Assembly (NCBI GenBank): GCA_001701075.1
Contig: DAAK01000131.1
Location: 1-47,077 of the forward strand
Direction of reading: 5' to 3'
Source of the DNA: Bacteroidales bacterium GP3
GTDB taxonomy: Bacteria; Bacteroidota; Bacteroidia; Bacteroidales; Muribaculaceae
Length of the DNA stretch: 47,077 nucleotides
Shown here piece by piece: positions 8,977-19,050 of this stretch. Every line of letters begins with the position of its first letter. Position 1 is the first letter of the stretch. The notes below the pieces were generated by a model that saw only the letters and a program-made list of their open reading frames with translations, was not told the DNA's origin and did no database searches. The translations under genes and the position numbers were made by a program.

Positions 8977-9459
8977 TTAGAAATTATTCATAGGGAGTAA
9001 AAAAGAAAGAAGTTCCTTCGCTTTTTCATGAGTCACCCCTTCCCTAAGAACAATGAAGACAGTATTGGCTCCTGCTATTGTGCCAGCTATCTCTGGGGCG
9101 TTCAGCATATCTATATCATATGCAATTCCAGAGGCATAACCGTTTCTGGTGAGCATGACTCCTATATTATTTGAAAACTCAAGCGAAATGAATCCATTAC
9201 TGGCATGACGTGAAAAATCTACAGATCGCCTGCCCGAAGTCATCTTTGCTGTCGATGCATCCGGAAGCATATAGGCATAAGCACCATGATCAAGTGGCAC
9301 TTTTGTAGTCTTCAACATCTTAAGATCGCGAGAAAGAGTTGCTTGAGTTACGTAAATTCCTCTTTCCGCAAGCATTTTGAGAAGTTCTTCTTGGCTTCCG
9401 ACATTATTATTTTTTATAATCTCTATCAGATGCTCAATTCTGTCGTTTTTTCTACTCAT
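8977..9459 (-). CDS. argR: Arginine repressor family regulator with variant effector pocket
   Basis: SQEELL...TQATLSRDLK DNA-binding helix; C-terminal GTIAGANT in place of GTIAGDDT. Confidence 0.92.
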   Translation of the reverse strand: MSRKNDRIEHLIEIIKNNNVGSQEELLKMLAERGIYVTQATLSRDLKMLKTTKVPLDHGAYAYMLPDASTAKMTSGRRSVDFSRHASNGFISLEFSNNIGVMLTRNGYASGIAYDIDMLNAPEIAGTIAGANTVFIVLREGVTHEKAKELLSFLLPMNNF

Positions 9460-9462
9460 CTC

Positions 9463-10101
9463 TTATGGCAATTTATCAGCACTGTTGTGCCTTCTGTCAA
9501 TTTCCATTTTTATTTCTCCAGCTTTTTCATAGTCTTCATTTTTCACAGCCTTTTCCATAAGACGCTGAAGACTCTCCAAAGTTTCGTCGGCATAAGAATA
9601 TGTGCCGGGATTTTTCACTCTTTCAATTGCTGTCCTGACAGGGATTGACTGTCTGGAAGAAGTATGTAGCTGTCTGGCAGCAAATGCATCCCTTTCAATT
9701 CCGCATTTGTCAATAAGACTCCTGAAAGTGAAGATTGGGGCATCTGTTCTCATAGCCAATGCGATAGCATCACTCGAACGCGCATCCAGAACCCTTTTTT
9801 CATCATCCTTTCTAAAAGACACATCAGCTGTGAATATTCCATTTTCAAGCTGTTTTATGACTACAGATTCAATCACAATTCCAAAAGAATCAAGAATCTC
9901 TGATGTAAATTCATGTGTCAGAGGTCTGGGTGTCTTAATCTTCTGTAGCATGCATTCAATCGATTGTGCTTCATTGTAGCCTATGATTATAGGAAGCCTG
10001 CGATTGCCATCAGCCTCTTCCAGAACCATGGCATACATGCCGTTTTCTATCTGATTGTATGTAATTCCGACTACTTTGAGCCGAACCAAATCATTTTCCA
10101 T
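9463..10101 (-). CDS. Bifunctional nuclease (DUF151) domain protein with C-terminal UvrB/UvrC motif
   Basis: LPIIIGYNEAQSI, PRPLTHE, DARSSDAIALA; C-terminal AVKNEDYEKAGEIK. Confidence 0.9.
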   Translation of the reverse strand: MENDLVRLKVVGITYNQIENGMYAMVLEEADGNRRLPIIIGYNEAQSIECMLQKIKTPRPLTHEFTSEILDSFGIVIESVVIKQLENGIFTADVSFRKDDEKRVLDARSSDAIALAMRTDAPIFTFRSLIDKCGIERDAFAARQLHTSSRQSIPVRTAIERVKNPGTYSYADETLESLQRLMEKAVKNEDYEKAGEIKMEIDRRHNSADKLP

Positions 10102-10122
10102 TGTCTGAAACTTGAAAATTAA

Positions 10123-11208
10123 CTATTTCTTTGTAATCATTCCCGAACCAAGACAAATCTTCTTATCCGGAGTATATATTATTGAATATTGTCCCGGAGC
10201 TATTCCCTGTATGTCTCGTTCAGACTCGATAACATATCGATTATCATCAGTGCGATACAGTACAGCATCGAAAAATTCAGGAGTATGCCTCGTCTTGCAT
10301 GAAATCCGTATAGCCCCTTCCTCATTCTTTTCAAACATATCAGTCTCAAATGGGTCTACCGTGATCCAATGCATTTCGTCCATATATATCACTTTGCCAT
10401 ACTGAAGTTTAGTGTCATAGCCATGACTTACGTAGACCACATTGTCACGAATATTTTTCCTGACGACAAACCATGGTCCACCTCCGAGTCCAAGACCCTT
10501 TCGCTGACCAATTGTATAGAACCAATAACCTTTATGTTCTCCTATTTTCTTGCCGGTTTCTATCTCTATGACCGGACCTTTCTTAGTGCCGAGCTTACGC
10601 TCCAGGAAATCGCTATAGTCTATCTTTCCAAGAAAACAGATGCCTTGACTATCCTTTCTTGTGGCATTGGGGAGTTGAGCTTCCTTGGCGGCCGCCCTAA
10701 CCTCTTCCTTTGTCATGTCTCCCAAAGGAAAAATGATATGCGACAATTGCTTATAGCTGATTTGTGCGAGGAAATCGGTCTGGTCCTTAATCGGATCGGG
10801 AGCAGTAGCAAGCCAGTATTTTCCATCTTTTTCTAACACCTTGGCATAATGTCCGGTGGCTGTCTTGTCGAATTCATGACCCCAACGGTCTTCAAAAAAG
10901 CCGAATTTAATTATCTTATTGCACATCATGTCAGGATGTGGTGTAAGGCCCTCTTTGACTGTATTGAGAGTATATTGCATCACATATTCCCAATATTCCT
11001 CATGTAGAGAGACCACCTTGAATGGCAGACCATATTTCTTGGCTATAAGAGTGCACATCTCTATATCTTCTTCAGCTGTGCACTCACCCTCTCCATTATC
11101 CATACTTATACGGATATAAAAGAGATGCAAGTCATGCCCTTGCTTATAAAGACGGTCCACAGTCACTGCACTGTCAACTCCTCCTGATATTAAAACAGCT
11201 ATCTTCAT
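10123..11208 (-). CDS. mnmA: tRNA 2-thiouridine(34) synthase
   Basis: SGGVDS PP-loop, [34 protein letters not shown]; likely ATG at 11208. Confidence 0.97.
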   Translation of the reverse strand: MKIAVLISGGVDSAVTVDRLYKQGHDLHLFYIRISMDNGEGECTAEEDIEMCTLIAKKYGLPFKVVSLHEEYWEYVMQYTLNTVKEGLTPHPDMMCNKIIKFGFFEDRWGHEFDKTATGHYAKVLEKDGKYWLATAPDPIKDQTDFLAQISYKQLSHIIFPLGDMTKEEVRAAAKEAQLPNATRKDSQGICFLGKIDYSDFLERKLGTKKGPVIEIETGKKIGEHKGYWFYTIGQRKGLGLGGGPWFVVRKNIRDNVVYVSHGYDTKLQYGKVIYMDEMHWITVDPFETDMFEKNEEGAIRISCKTRHTPEFFDAVLYRTDDNRYVIESERDIQGIAPGQYSIIYTPDKKICLGSGMITKK

Positions 11209-11717
11209 CACACCTCTTCAAGTTCATCCTCGCTATGATCTGACGAATGCAGAAGATGAAGCGACAGAAAATAGTCAACAGAAATCTTCCCGGGACCAAC
11301 AAGAATAAGGAAGAAATAAATACCAAGAAACATAATCGGGAGATAGCCAGGTTGCTCCCAACTTAACTGGTAGGAGGCTTTTGTAGCTACATCATGGAGC
11401 AGATGATATTCGGCAAATGTCATAGCAATGAAAGGAGGGAGTATCATCACTCTTGTCAAGAATCCCGCCATTATAAAGACACTGCATACTATCTCTATAC
11501 ATATCATTATCCACAGTGAAGCTTCAGACGACATGCCTAATACCGATGGGAAAGTGTCCGCAAGCATTGAGGCATCATTTATCTGGCGGATACCGAATTG
11601 CAGAAGCATTATTCCTACAAAAAGACGTAGAAAGAGCCTACCGAGATTTGTATAACTATATCCCGTACTTGTAACATAAATCTTTTTGGGAAGACCGAGT
11701 ACATTCTTTCTATACAT
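11208..11717 (-). CDS. DoxX family membrane protein
   Basis: [31 protein letters not shown]; several hydrophobic helices. Confidence 0.85.
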   Translation of the reverse strand: MYRKNVLGLPKKIYVTSTGYSYTNLGRLFLRLFVGIMLLQFGIRQINDASMLADTFPSVLGMSSEASLWIMICIEIVCSVFIMAGFLTRVMILPPFIAMTFAEYHLLHDVATKASYQLSWEQPGYLPIMFLGIYFFLILVGPGKISVDYFLSLHLLHSSDHSEDELEEV

Positions 11718-11751
11718 AACCTATCAGTTTCTAAAAATATAATGTTTCTAA

Positions 11752-12678
11752 TCAATTTATCAAAGATAAGGTTCTCGACATGGCTTCCATGACACTTATG
11801 TGTTTGCCTATGATTTTTCCATCAGAGCCGATCACGTAAATTTCCGGGATTTCCCTGATGTCATAGATGTCATCTATGGATTCGGAAGCACCTACTGTCC
11901 AGTTTTTAGGAAAGTCTGTCACATTCTCTTCCCATCCGGCATCAGGATCTGGGATAATAAAAAGAACATTGATCTTGCCATCAGAGACAGCCTTGTTGAA
12001 AGTAATGTTGGATTGCATCCGCAATTTCCCCATCCTGCACTCATCACAATCAGGATCTCCAAAGATTATGATAGTTGGGGTTGACATTGGAAAATACTGG
12101 GCAGTATCACCGTTTGGCCGCACGAAATCAAAGGATGCCGGAGTTTTTCCAATCAAAGAGTTCTCGAGTTGTTTGAGCTGATGCTCATAGCGTGCACGCT
12201 TAGTCTTTGGGAACTTCTTATTAGCCAAAGCTGAGCTTAGCATGCGGGCATATAATTCGTCAATCCAGAAATCTGCACGCGGACCATAGATGGTTTCCTC
12301 TGCCGCCTTTATCATCTGATAGGTAAGCATAGGATTTTTCTGTAGATTCTTCATCATCTTGTCTACTGCAGCCGTCACAACGTCCTTGTCTGCGTATTGG
12401 ACTGTGGTCGCATATACATTAAATGCATGATTGAGTTTGTTTTGATCTACAGCCTCCTTGGTTTTCAAATCAAGTGGATTCCAGAAGTTGACTGCGAGCC
12501 AGTTGCATTTTTCACTAAACTCATTCAATTCTTCCGGAGCTACAGGATATTCAAAAAGTGGATCAACATACATGACTCCCGGCTCTATGAGTTCAGTGGA
12601 ATCATTAGTCACCTGAGCGGAAGCCATTAAACTGCTTCCCATCAAGGCTAAAGCCGATATCAATATCTTTTTATTCAT
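11752..12678 (-). CDS. Secreted thioredoxin-like protein (DUF5106-type)
   Basis: Signal peptide ending ASA-Q; C-terminal thioredoxin fold with DPDCDEC and YDIREIPEIYVI. Confidence 0.7.
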   Translation of the reverse strand: MNKKILISALALMGSSLMASAQVTNDSTELIEPGVMYVDPLFEYPVAPEELNEFSEKCNWLAVNFWNPLDLKTKEAVDQNKLNHAFNVYATTVQYADKDVVTAAVDKMMKNLQKNPMLTYQMIKAAEETIYGPRADFWIDELYARMLSSALANKKFPKTKRARYEHQLKQLENSLIGKTPASFDFVRPNGDTAQYFPMSTPTIIIFGDPDCDECRMGKLRMQSNITFNKAVSDGKINVLFIIPDPDAGWEENVTDFPKNWTVGASESIDDIYDIREIPEIYVIGSDGKIIGKHISVMEAMSRTLSLIN

Positions 12679-13531
12679 GATTTTTCATTTGATTGATAAG
12701 AGAATCAAGAGGTCGTCTGATTATTTTACGAAGCTTCCAGCCTCTATTTTTCATTTCATCTTCAATAAAAGGTTTGAGTTCATTTGCAACTGATCCCACA
12801 AAACCTATTCCCTCTTCTTTAAGTTCCCTTTCGGAATAAGAAACGAATTCCCTATCGAAAAAACATCTTATCTGTGTCTCAACAATAGAATTAATGTATG
12901 GATTGGAAATATTGTCAATGATAAACGGCATAAATCCTGATATCCATCTATTTGGGGAGGGTTTCCTATAAAGATGATTCACCACGTCGCTTACCGACAG
13001 GGAATACCTATTTTCAAATTGCTCTATGATATCTTGTGGAGCTATTTTCTTATAAACATCGGCTAACAAACGCCTGCAGAAAGCCACTCCTCCACCTTCA
13101 TCATCAAGAAGATATCCGAGGGATGCAGATTTCCTGTCGATTTCCTTGCCATTATAGTGACAAGAATTGCTGCCTGTGCCCATTATGCACGCGATGCCTG
13201 GTTCAGACCCCAGCAATGCCATTGCCGCTCCAGTCATATCACTGTCTGCCTTGATATCACGGCATGAAAATGACTCCGATAGAATTGCCTCCATCTTTCC
13301 TGCTATGGAAGGAGACCCAATGCCAGCTCCGAAAAAACGGATTTTGTCGAAAGACTCACCCAGAGAAGCTCGCACTAAGCGAAGCTCCTCTTCTATCATA
13401 TCAGTGTCGTGATGCAAAGGACTAATGCCTATACCAGAGTAAAATTCTTCCTCGTCACCGGATGTTTTGCCGAGTGTGAGTTTTACCCAATCTGTCTTAG
13501 TAGCGCCTGCATCAGCTATAAGTATTTTCAT
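12671..13531 (-). CDS. BadF/BadG/BcrA/BcrD-type ATPase (N-acetylglucosamine kinase-like)
   Basis: LIADAGATKTDW, GIACIMGTGSNSC, LGYLLDDEGGG, IGFVGSVA. Confidence 0.85.
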   Translation of the reverse strand: MKILIADAGATKTDWVKLTLGKTSGDEEEFYSGIGISPLHHDTDMIEEELRLVRASLGESFDKIRFFGAGIGSPSIAGKMEAILSESFSCRDIKADSDMTGAAMALLGSEPGIACIMGTGSNSCHYNGKEIDRKSASLGYLLDDEGGGVAFCRRLLADVYKKIAPQDIIEQFENRYSLSVSDVVNHLYRKPSPNRWISGFMPFIIDNISNPYINSIVETQIRCFFDREFVSYSERELKEEGIGFVGSVANELKPFIEDEMKNRGWKLRKIIRRPLDSLINQMKNHE

Positions 13532-13555
13532 TTTCTTATTTTTGTATATTCACCA

Positions 13556-13563
13556 CAAAATTA
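13556..13563 (-). promoter_or_regulatory. -7 promoter box for the long minus-strand run (kinase to ligA)
   Basis: CAAAATTA on + equals TAATTTTG on -, 25 nt upstream of the ATG at 13531. Confidence 0.55.
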
Positions 13564-13678
13564 ATAAAAACGGACTAATTATACAAATAATATAAATTGA
13601 ACTTTGATTATATTGGTTCTAAAAATATAAATTTTATCTTTTTTTATGAATTTTCATTGTCTTTATCTTATTTTTTGT

Positions 13679-13686
13679 TAATTTTG
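13679..13686 (+). promoter_or_regulatory. -7 promoter box for the CAZyme cluster
   Basis: TAATTTTG, with TTG about 19 nt upstream. Confidence 0.55.
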
Positions 13687-13747
13687 CAACAAGCAAAAAT
13701 AACAGTTCACATTTCAGGCGAACAAATCACAACCTTAAATTTATAAC

Positions 13748-14458
13748 ATGAGAACAAATCAACTAATCAAGCGGAGCATGCTATATGCTCTTCTGGCAAG
13801 TGGCTTTGCCTCAGCTCCATTCTTTGCATTGGGAAAAGGAAACTCAGACGATGGCCTGAAACCCTATTTCTCAACACCTGAGACAAAAAGTGCCACGCCG
13901 AATGCCGATGGTTTTATTGGGAGATGGCTTATGCTCGAACCTATAGATAAACCCAATAGAAGCAATACTGTCTTCACTGACAGCTATTTGAAAGAGGCTT
14001 TCAATACGGAATATTTTCCCGGGCAGTTTGCTTCCTTGCCAAAGGCGGGGCAGAAAGTGAAGGTTGGGAAACAAACTCTTAAATGGCATTCCCTTGACAG
14101 CAACCTTTTCAATGTGAAACTTTTCAGGTTCGCAACAGGGCTTGAAAAGCAATATTACGGTGTCCTTTTCTGGGTTGTCACCGCTATCGATTGCGAGGAG
14201 GATATTCCGGATGTCAGAATGTCGGTTGGCTCAAATTCCGCTTCTATGTGGTGGCTTAATGGTGAGGAGGTAGTACTTCTTTCCGGCGACCGCAGAATGG
14301 TGATGGACGACTGTCTGTCGAAACGCCTTACTTTAAAAAAGGGTCGGAATATCATAAGAGGAGCCATCATTAATGGTCCCGGTATGAGTGATTTCTGCCT
14401 ACGCTTCATCAACGAAGATGGAAAACCAGTCACCAACTTCACAATCAGTAATCTTTAA
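13748..14458 (+). CDS. Secreted protein of unknown function in the xylan cluster (beta-rich, carbohydrate-binding-like)
   Basis: N-terminal signal-like segment; GFIGRWLMLEP...WWLNGEEV...LTLKKGRNII; no recognisable catalytic motif. Confidence 0.6.
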   Translation: MRTNQLIKRSMLYALLASGFASAPFFALGKGNSDDGLKPYFSTPETKSATPNADGFIGRWLMLEPIDKPNRSNTVFTDSYLKEAFNTEYFPGQFASLPKAGQKVKVGKQTLKWHSLDSNLFNVKLFRFATGLEKQYYGVLFWVVTAIDCEEDIPDVRMSVGSNSASMWWLNGEEVVLLSGDRRMVMDDCLSKRLTLKKGRNIIRGAIINGPGMSDFCLRFINEDGKPVTNFTISNL

Positions 14459-14462
14459 AACC

Positions 14463-15911
14463 ATGAAATCCAAGATATTTTTATATTTGCCGACAGCACT
14501 TATGTGTCTTACGGCGACGAATCTTAATGCACAGACAGGTGAACCTTATATCCATGATCCGTCTACAATAATGAAATGTGATGGTAAATATTACACTTTC
14601 GGTACAGGTGGAGGCGGATTGATCTCAGATGATGGCTACCACTGGCATGCCGGCGGTGTAAGGCCTGGAAGAGGCGCAGCTCCGGATGTTGTCAAGATTG
14701 GCGATAGGTATCTGATATCCTACAGCGCCACCGGTGGTGGCCTGGGTGGAGGACACAGCGGTAAAGTGCTCACTATGTGGAATAAGACTCTCGATCCAAA
14801 TTCTCCAGATTTTGAATATTCCGAACCAATCGAGGTGGCATATTCAGAAGAAAATGAAGACTGCGATGCAATTGACCCCGGACTTCTTCTTGATCCCACA
14901 ACCGGAAGACTCTGGCTTTCATATGGTACATATTTCGGATTCATCCGTCTCATAGAGCTTGATCCTGCTACTGGAGCCAGAAAGGAAGGGAATGAGCCTA
15001 TCAACATCGCAATTGATTGTGAGGCCACCGATCTTCTTTATCGCAACGGATGGTATTATCTTCTTGGAACTCATGGCACTTGCTGCGACGGCCCTAACTC
15101 CACCTATAACATTGTAGTTGGAAGATCCCGCAATGTAGAGGGTCCATATCTTGACAATATGGGGCGTGATATGCTCGAAGGTGGCGGTAAGATGGTGGCA
15201 TGTTCTGGCAACAGACGCACAGGAGCAGGACATTTCGGAAGATATATAGAGGATGATGGAGTGGAAAAAATGTCTTGTCATTTCGAGGCTGATTTCGATA
15301 TGGGCGGAAGAAGTGTACTCGCTGTTATGCCTCTTTTATGGAAAAACGATTGGCCTGTGGCAGGAGATCCTTTCGTTGAGGACACATATGAAATAGAATC
15401 CGAGCGACGTGGATATGGTCTGGAGCTTGCAGTTGATTTCGTAAGAATGCAAGGTGGGCTGCACAGATTCTGGGAACCTCAGAAAGAACCTATCGAACCT
15501 CTTGCCGACCAAAAACTTGAAGACGTGATCGGAACTTGGCCGTCAGGAGATATCGACGTCAGGATTGGCGACTACATGTTCCGGCCTCATCAGAAATGGA
15601 CTGTTACTGCTGTGCCTGATGCAGGAGGCTATCTCGGAGCTCCTTATTATAAGATTACTATTGAGGGGACTGACCGTGCTCTTGCAGCTACTGCAGATAA
15701 GGAAGTTTCAACAGTAGAGCATTTCACTGGCGCTGACGAACAGCTTTGGAGAATAGAACAACTTATCGACGGAACTTACCGGATAATGCCAAAGTCAGTT
15801 CCAGGTTGTGACGAAGATCTTGCACTTGTATCTTTGGGCGACAGCACACCATCATTAGGAAAATTTGACTTCTCAAGCGACAACTCAAAGTGGAATTTCA
15901 GAAAACGTTGA
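14463..15911 (+). CDS. GH43 glycoside hydrolase with C-terminal ricin-B/CBM13-like domain
   Basis: IHDPS (base), AAPD, AIDP, CEA (acid) pattern; QKW/QLW/SKW repeats; signal peptide from ATG at 14463. Confidence 0.88.
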   Translation: MKSKIFLYLPTALMCLTATNLNAQTGEPYIHDPSTIMKCDGKYYTFGTGGGGLISDDGYHWHAGGVRPGRGAAPDVVKIGDRYLISYSATGGGLGGGHSGKVLTMWNKTLDPNSPDFEYSEPIEVAYSEENEDCDAIDPGLLLDPTTGRLWLSYGTYFGFIRLIELDPATGARKEGNEPINIAIDCEATDLLYRNGWYYLLGTHGTCCDGPNSTYNIVVGRSRNVEGPYLDNMGRDMLEGGGKMVACSGNRRTGAGHFGRYIEDDGVEKMSCHFEADFDMGGRSVLAVMPLLWKNDWPVAGDPFVEDTYEIESERRGYGLELAVDFVRMQGGLHRFWEPQKEPIEPLADQKLEDVIGTWPSGDIDVRIGDYMFRPHQKWTVTAVPDAGGYLGAPYYKITIEGTDRALAATADKEVSTVEHFTGADEQLWRIEQLIDGTYRIMPKSVPGCDEDLALVSLGDSTPSLGKFDFSSDNSKWNFRKR

Positions 15912-15917
15912 TTTGCT

Positions 15918-18422
15918 ATGAAAAAGTATTTTTCAATTGGTCTCACATTATTTGCTTCCAGTCTTTGTGCTCAGAATCCAATAATCCACGACCAATTTAC
16001 AGCTGACCCTACAGCGAGGGTATTCAATGGCAAGATGTACCTCTACCCTTCCCATGACATTGTCAGCCCTATAGATGACTTAAAAGACTGGTTTTGCATG
16101 GCTGATTATCACGTTTTTTCATCTGATAATCTTGTAGATTGGACCGACCATGGTGTCATACTTACACAAAACAACATTCCTTGGGTTAAGCCAAACTCTT
16201 ATGCCATGTGGGCTCCAGACTGCGTGGAGAAGAATGGAAGATATTACTTTTATTTTCCAGCTTCTCCGAAGGATATGGAGCGTGGATTTGGTATTGGAGT
16301 CGCAATTGCTGAAGCTCCAGAGGGACCATTCATGGCGTTGCCCCGACCGATAAAGGGAGTGATGGGAATTGATCCATGTGTGCTTCTTGATGATGACGGA
16401 AACAGCTACCTTTATTGGAGCGGTATGGGCATATCTGTGGCAAAGCTGAAAGACAATATGATGGAACTTGAATCCGAACCAAAGAGAATAGAGGGACTGC
16501 CAGAAGGTTTCAAGGAGGGCCCATTTGCTTTCAAGCGTAATGGGCATTATTACCTGACTTTCCCCTGGGTTAAGGATAAGACTGAGACTTTGGCATATGC
16601 TATGGCAGACAATCCTTATGGTCCATTTGAGTTCAAGGGAATCATAATGGATGAATCTCCTACCGGATGCTGGACCAATCATCACTCACTTGTAGAAAAA
16701 GATGGTGAATGGTATCTCTTCTATCATCATAATGATTATTCTCCCGACATGGATAAGCGTCGCTCAGCAAGAATAGACGTGGTTACGTTTAATTCTGATG
16801 GAACGATCAACAAGGTGAACCCTACGCTTCGTGGAGTCGGAACAAGCGATGCAAGAAAACGTGTGCAGATTGACAGATACAGTGCTGTCAGTCCCAATGG
16901 AATCAAACTGAATTTCCTCGATAAAAATGATACATTCAAAGGATGGGCGGCAGAATTCTCGAAAAAAGGAGCATGGCTCCGCTATGATCGAGTCGATTTC
17001 GGTCAGCGACCAGTAAAAGACGTTTCTTTAAGGGTCCTTAGTCAGAAAGGATGCACTATGAAAATCAGCGATTCCGAAGGTAAAGTCATAGCCTATATGG
17101 CTGTAGCTCCAGGCAAGGAATGGAAGACAGTGACAGCTCCTGTGACCTTCTCGCCTCAAGGATTGACCGATCTCATTGTTACTATGACAAAAGGAAACAA
17201 GGCAGAAGTGGACTGGTTAGGTTTTGATGCCCTTCCTCTTGAGAAGGGTGCGATGACTACCGGAGAATATAGAAATTATTTCAAGGATCTCGGATATTCG
17301 GAAAAGGCAATCACTGACAAGCTCAATGAAATATTTCAGGGAGTCTTTTATGGACCGAACAAGGTTTATTTTGAGGCGAGTGATACCACAGCTTACATCA
17401 GTGATTTAAAAAATCATGATGTCCGCACAGAAGGGATGTCTTATGGGATGATGATCGCTGTGCAACTTGACAAGAAGGATATTTTCGACAAATTATGGCG
17501 TTGGGCGAAAAAATATATGCAACACCAAGATGGTCCGAATGAAGGGTATTTCGCATGGAGTTGCAAGACCGATGGAACTCCTAATTCCCTTGGATCTGCA
17601 TCGGATGGAGAATTATACTTTATAACCTCTCTCATTTTTGCCTCTAACCGTTGGGGCAACGACACGGGAATAGACTATCTTTCGGAGGCCCGCAATATTC
17701 TTGACAAATCTATGCAGAAAACTGGGATGGATCGAGTGTCTCCCCTTATCAATATAGAGGAGAAGCTCATTACTTTCACTCCTGATCCTTGGGGTGGAAG
17801 CTATACAGACCCCTCTTATCATATTCCAGCATTTTATGATGTCTGGGCAAAGTGGGCAAATGATGGAAGAAGCAATTTCTGGAAATCGTGTGCTGATAAA
17901 AGCCGCAAATATCTTCATAAGGCAACTCATCCGGTTACAGGATTGACTCCGGATTATTCAGCTTACGATGGCTCGCCACGCGGAAATAGATTTATAGTTG
18001 GAGACGACTTCAGGTTTGATTCCTGGAGAGTGCCTTTAAATATAGCTATTGACTATGCATGGAGCGGTGTTGACGGTGAGTGGCAGCGTGGCTATGCTGA
18101 CAGGATTCAAGATTTTTTCTATAATGAAGGAATCGACAGTTTTGTTGACCAATATAAAACTGATGGAAGTCAAGTTGAGAGAGTATTGGGAGCTGGAGAA
18201 TATCAGGCTCTCCGACATTCTGTAGGACTTGTTGGCACACTGGGTGCTGCTTCTCTTGCAGCTACAGATCCGAAGTCAAAGGAATTTGCTGCGCGGCTTT
18301 GGGATTCCAAACATGAACCATACGAAGACGGATATTTTGATGCCTATTATGACGGTTTATTACGTCTTTTCTCCTTCATGCTATTAAGTGGAAATTATAG
18401 AGCTATAGCTCCGAATGATTAA
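15918..18422 (+). CDS. Multidomain GH43 - CBM6-like - GH8 glycoside hydrolase
   Basis: N-terminal TADP, WAPD, IDP, KEGP, TNHHS (GH43); WLRYDRVDFG (CBM6-like); DVRTEGMSYGM, ASDGE, TDPSYH, DSWR, YYDG (GH8 xylanase/Rex group). Confidence 0.9.
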   Translation: MKKYFSIGLTLFASSLCAQNPIIHDQFTADPTARVFNGKMYLYPSHDIVSPIDDLKDWFCMADYHVFSSDNLVDWTDHGVILTQNNIPWVKPNSYAMWAPDCVEKNGRYYFYFPASPKDMERGFGIGVAIAEAPEGPFMALPRPIKGVMGIDPCVLLDDDGNSYLYWSGMGISVAKLKDNMMELESEPKRIEGLPEGFKEGPFAFKRNGHYYLTFPWVKDKTETLAYAMADNPYGPFEFKGIIMDESPTGCWTNHHSLVEKDGEWYLFYHHNDYSPDMDKRRSARIDVVTFNSDGTINKVNPTLRGVGTSDARKRVQIDRYSAVSPNGIKLNFLDKNDTFKGWAAEFSKKGAWLRYDRVDFGQRPVKDVSLRVLSQKGCTMKISDSEGKVIAYMAVAPGKEWKTVTAPVTFSPQGLTDLIVTMTKGNKAEVDWLGFDALPLEKGAMTTGEYRNYFKDLGYSEKAITDKLNEIFQGVFYGPNKVYFEASDTTAYISDLKNHDVRTEGMSYGMMIAVQLDKKDIFDKLWRWAKKYMQHQDGPNEGYFAWSCKTDGTPNSLGSASDGELYFITSLIFASNRWGNDTGIDYLSEARNILDKSMQKTGMDRVSPLINIEEKLITFTPDPWGGSYTDPSYHIPAFYDVWAKWANDGRSNFWKSCADKSRKYLHKATHPVTGLTPDYSAYDGSPRGNRFIVGDDFRFDSWRVPLNIAIDYAWSGVDGEWQRGYADRIQDFFYNEGIDSFVDQYKTDGSQVERVLGAGEYQALRHSVGLVGTLGAASLAATDPKSKEFAARLWDSKHEPYEDGYFDAYYDGLLRLFSFMLLSGNYRAIAPND

Positions 18423-18452
18423 CGATTATTATCAATAATCGATTATAAAACA

Positions 18453-18485
18453 AATGCGGTCTCTGGTGAATCCAAAGACCGCATT
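18453..18485. terminator. Hairpin terminator between convergent GH8 fusion and rubrerythrin
   Basis: AATGCGGTCT...AGACCGCATT perfect 10-bp arms with further inner pairing. Confidence 0.7.
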
Positions 18486-18507
18486 ATTAGTGTATTTCAA
18501 GTATAAA

Positions 18508-19050
18508 TCAATAATTATCTGGGTGAAGTTCGAAGAATGCTTGTGGATGGCCGCAAACAGGACATACCTTAGGAGCAGTCTTTCCGATATGAATATGTCC
18601 ACATTCGAGACACATCCACATGCGGTCGCCGTCGCGAGAGAACACGATTCCGTCTTCGATGTTTTTCAAGAGTGTGCGATAGCGCTCCATATGAGTCTTT
18701 TCGATCGCACCGACCATCTCAAATTTCTTTGCGATTTCTGTAAACCCTTCTTCACGGGCAATTTTAGCGAAACCTACGTACATGTCTTCCCATTCGTATT
18801 CCTCACCAGCTGCTGCATCCTTAAGGTTTTCGGGTGTTGCTGGTACGTCGCCATCGTGGAGATACTTAAACCATATCTTAGCGTGGGTGTGTTCGTTCTT
18901 TGCAGTTTCATCGAAGATATCGCCTATCTGCTCGTATCCGTCTTTTCTTGCTTTTTTAGCATAGAATGAGTATTTTACACAGGCCTGTGATTCTCCTGCG
19001 AATGCTGACTTCAGACATTCTTCCGTCTTACTTCCTTTAAGTTCTTTCAT
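18508..19050 (-). CDS. rbr: Rubrerythrin
   Basis: [30 protein letters not shown] diiron ligands; CLECGH...CPVCGHP rubredoxin domain. Confidence 0.95.
   Translation of the reverse strand: MKELKGSKTEECLKSAFAGESQACVKYSFYAKKARKDGYEQIGDIFDETAKNEHTHAKIWFKYLHDGDVPATPENLKDAAAGEEYEWEDMYVGFAKIAREEGFTEIAKKFEMVGAIEKTHMERYRTLLKNIEDGIVFSRDGDRMWMCLECGHIHIGKTAPKVCPVCGHPQAFFELHPDNY

Noticed and set aside
18423..18446. Overlapping palindromes CGATTATT-ATC-AATAATCG and ATAATCGATTAT (Fur/PerR-like look)
   Set aside because: Located between two stop codons rather than at a promoter; AT-rich, with no supportable function.
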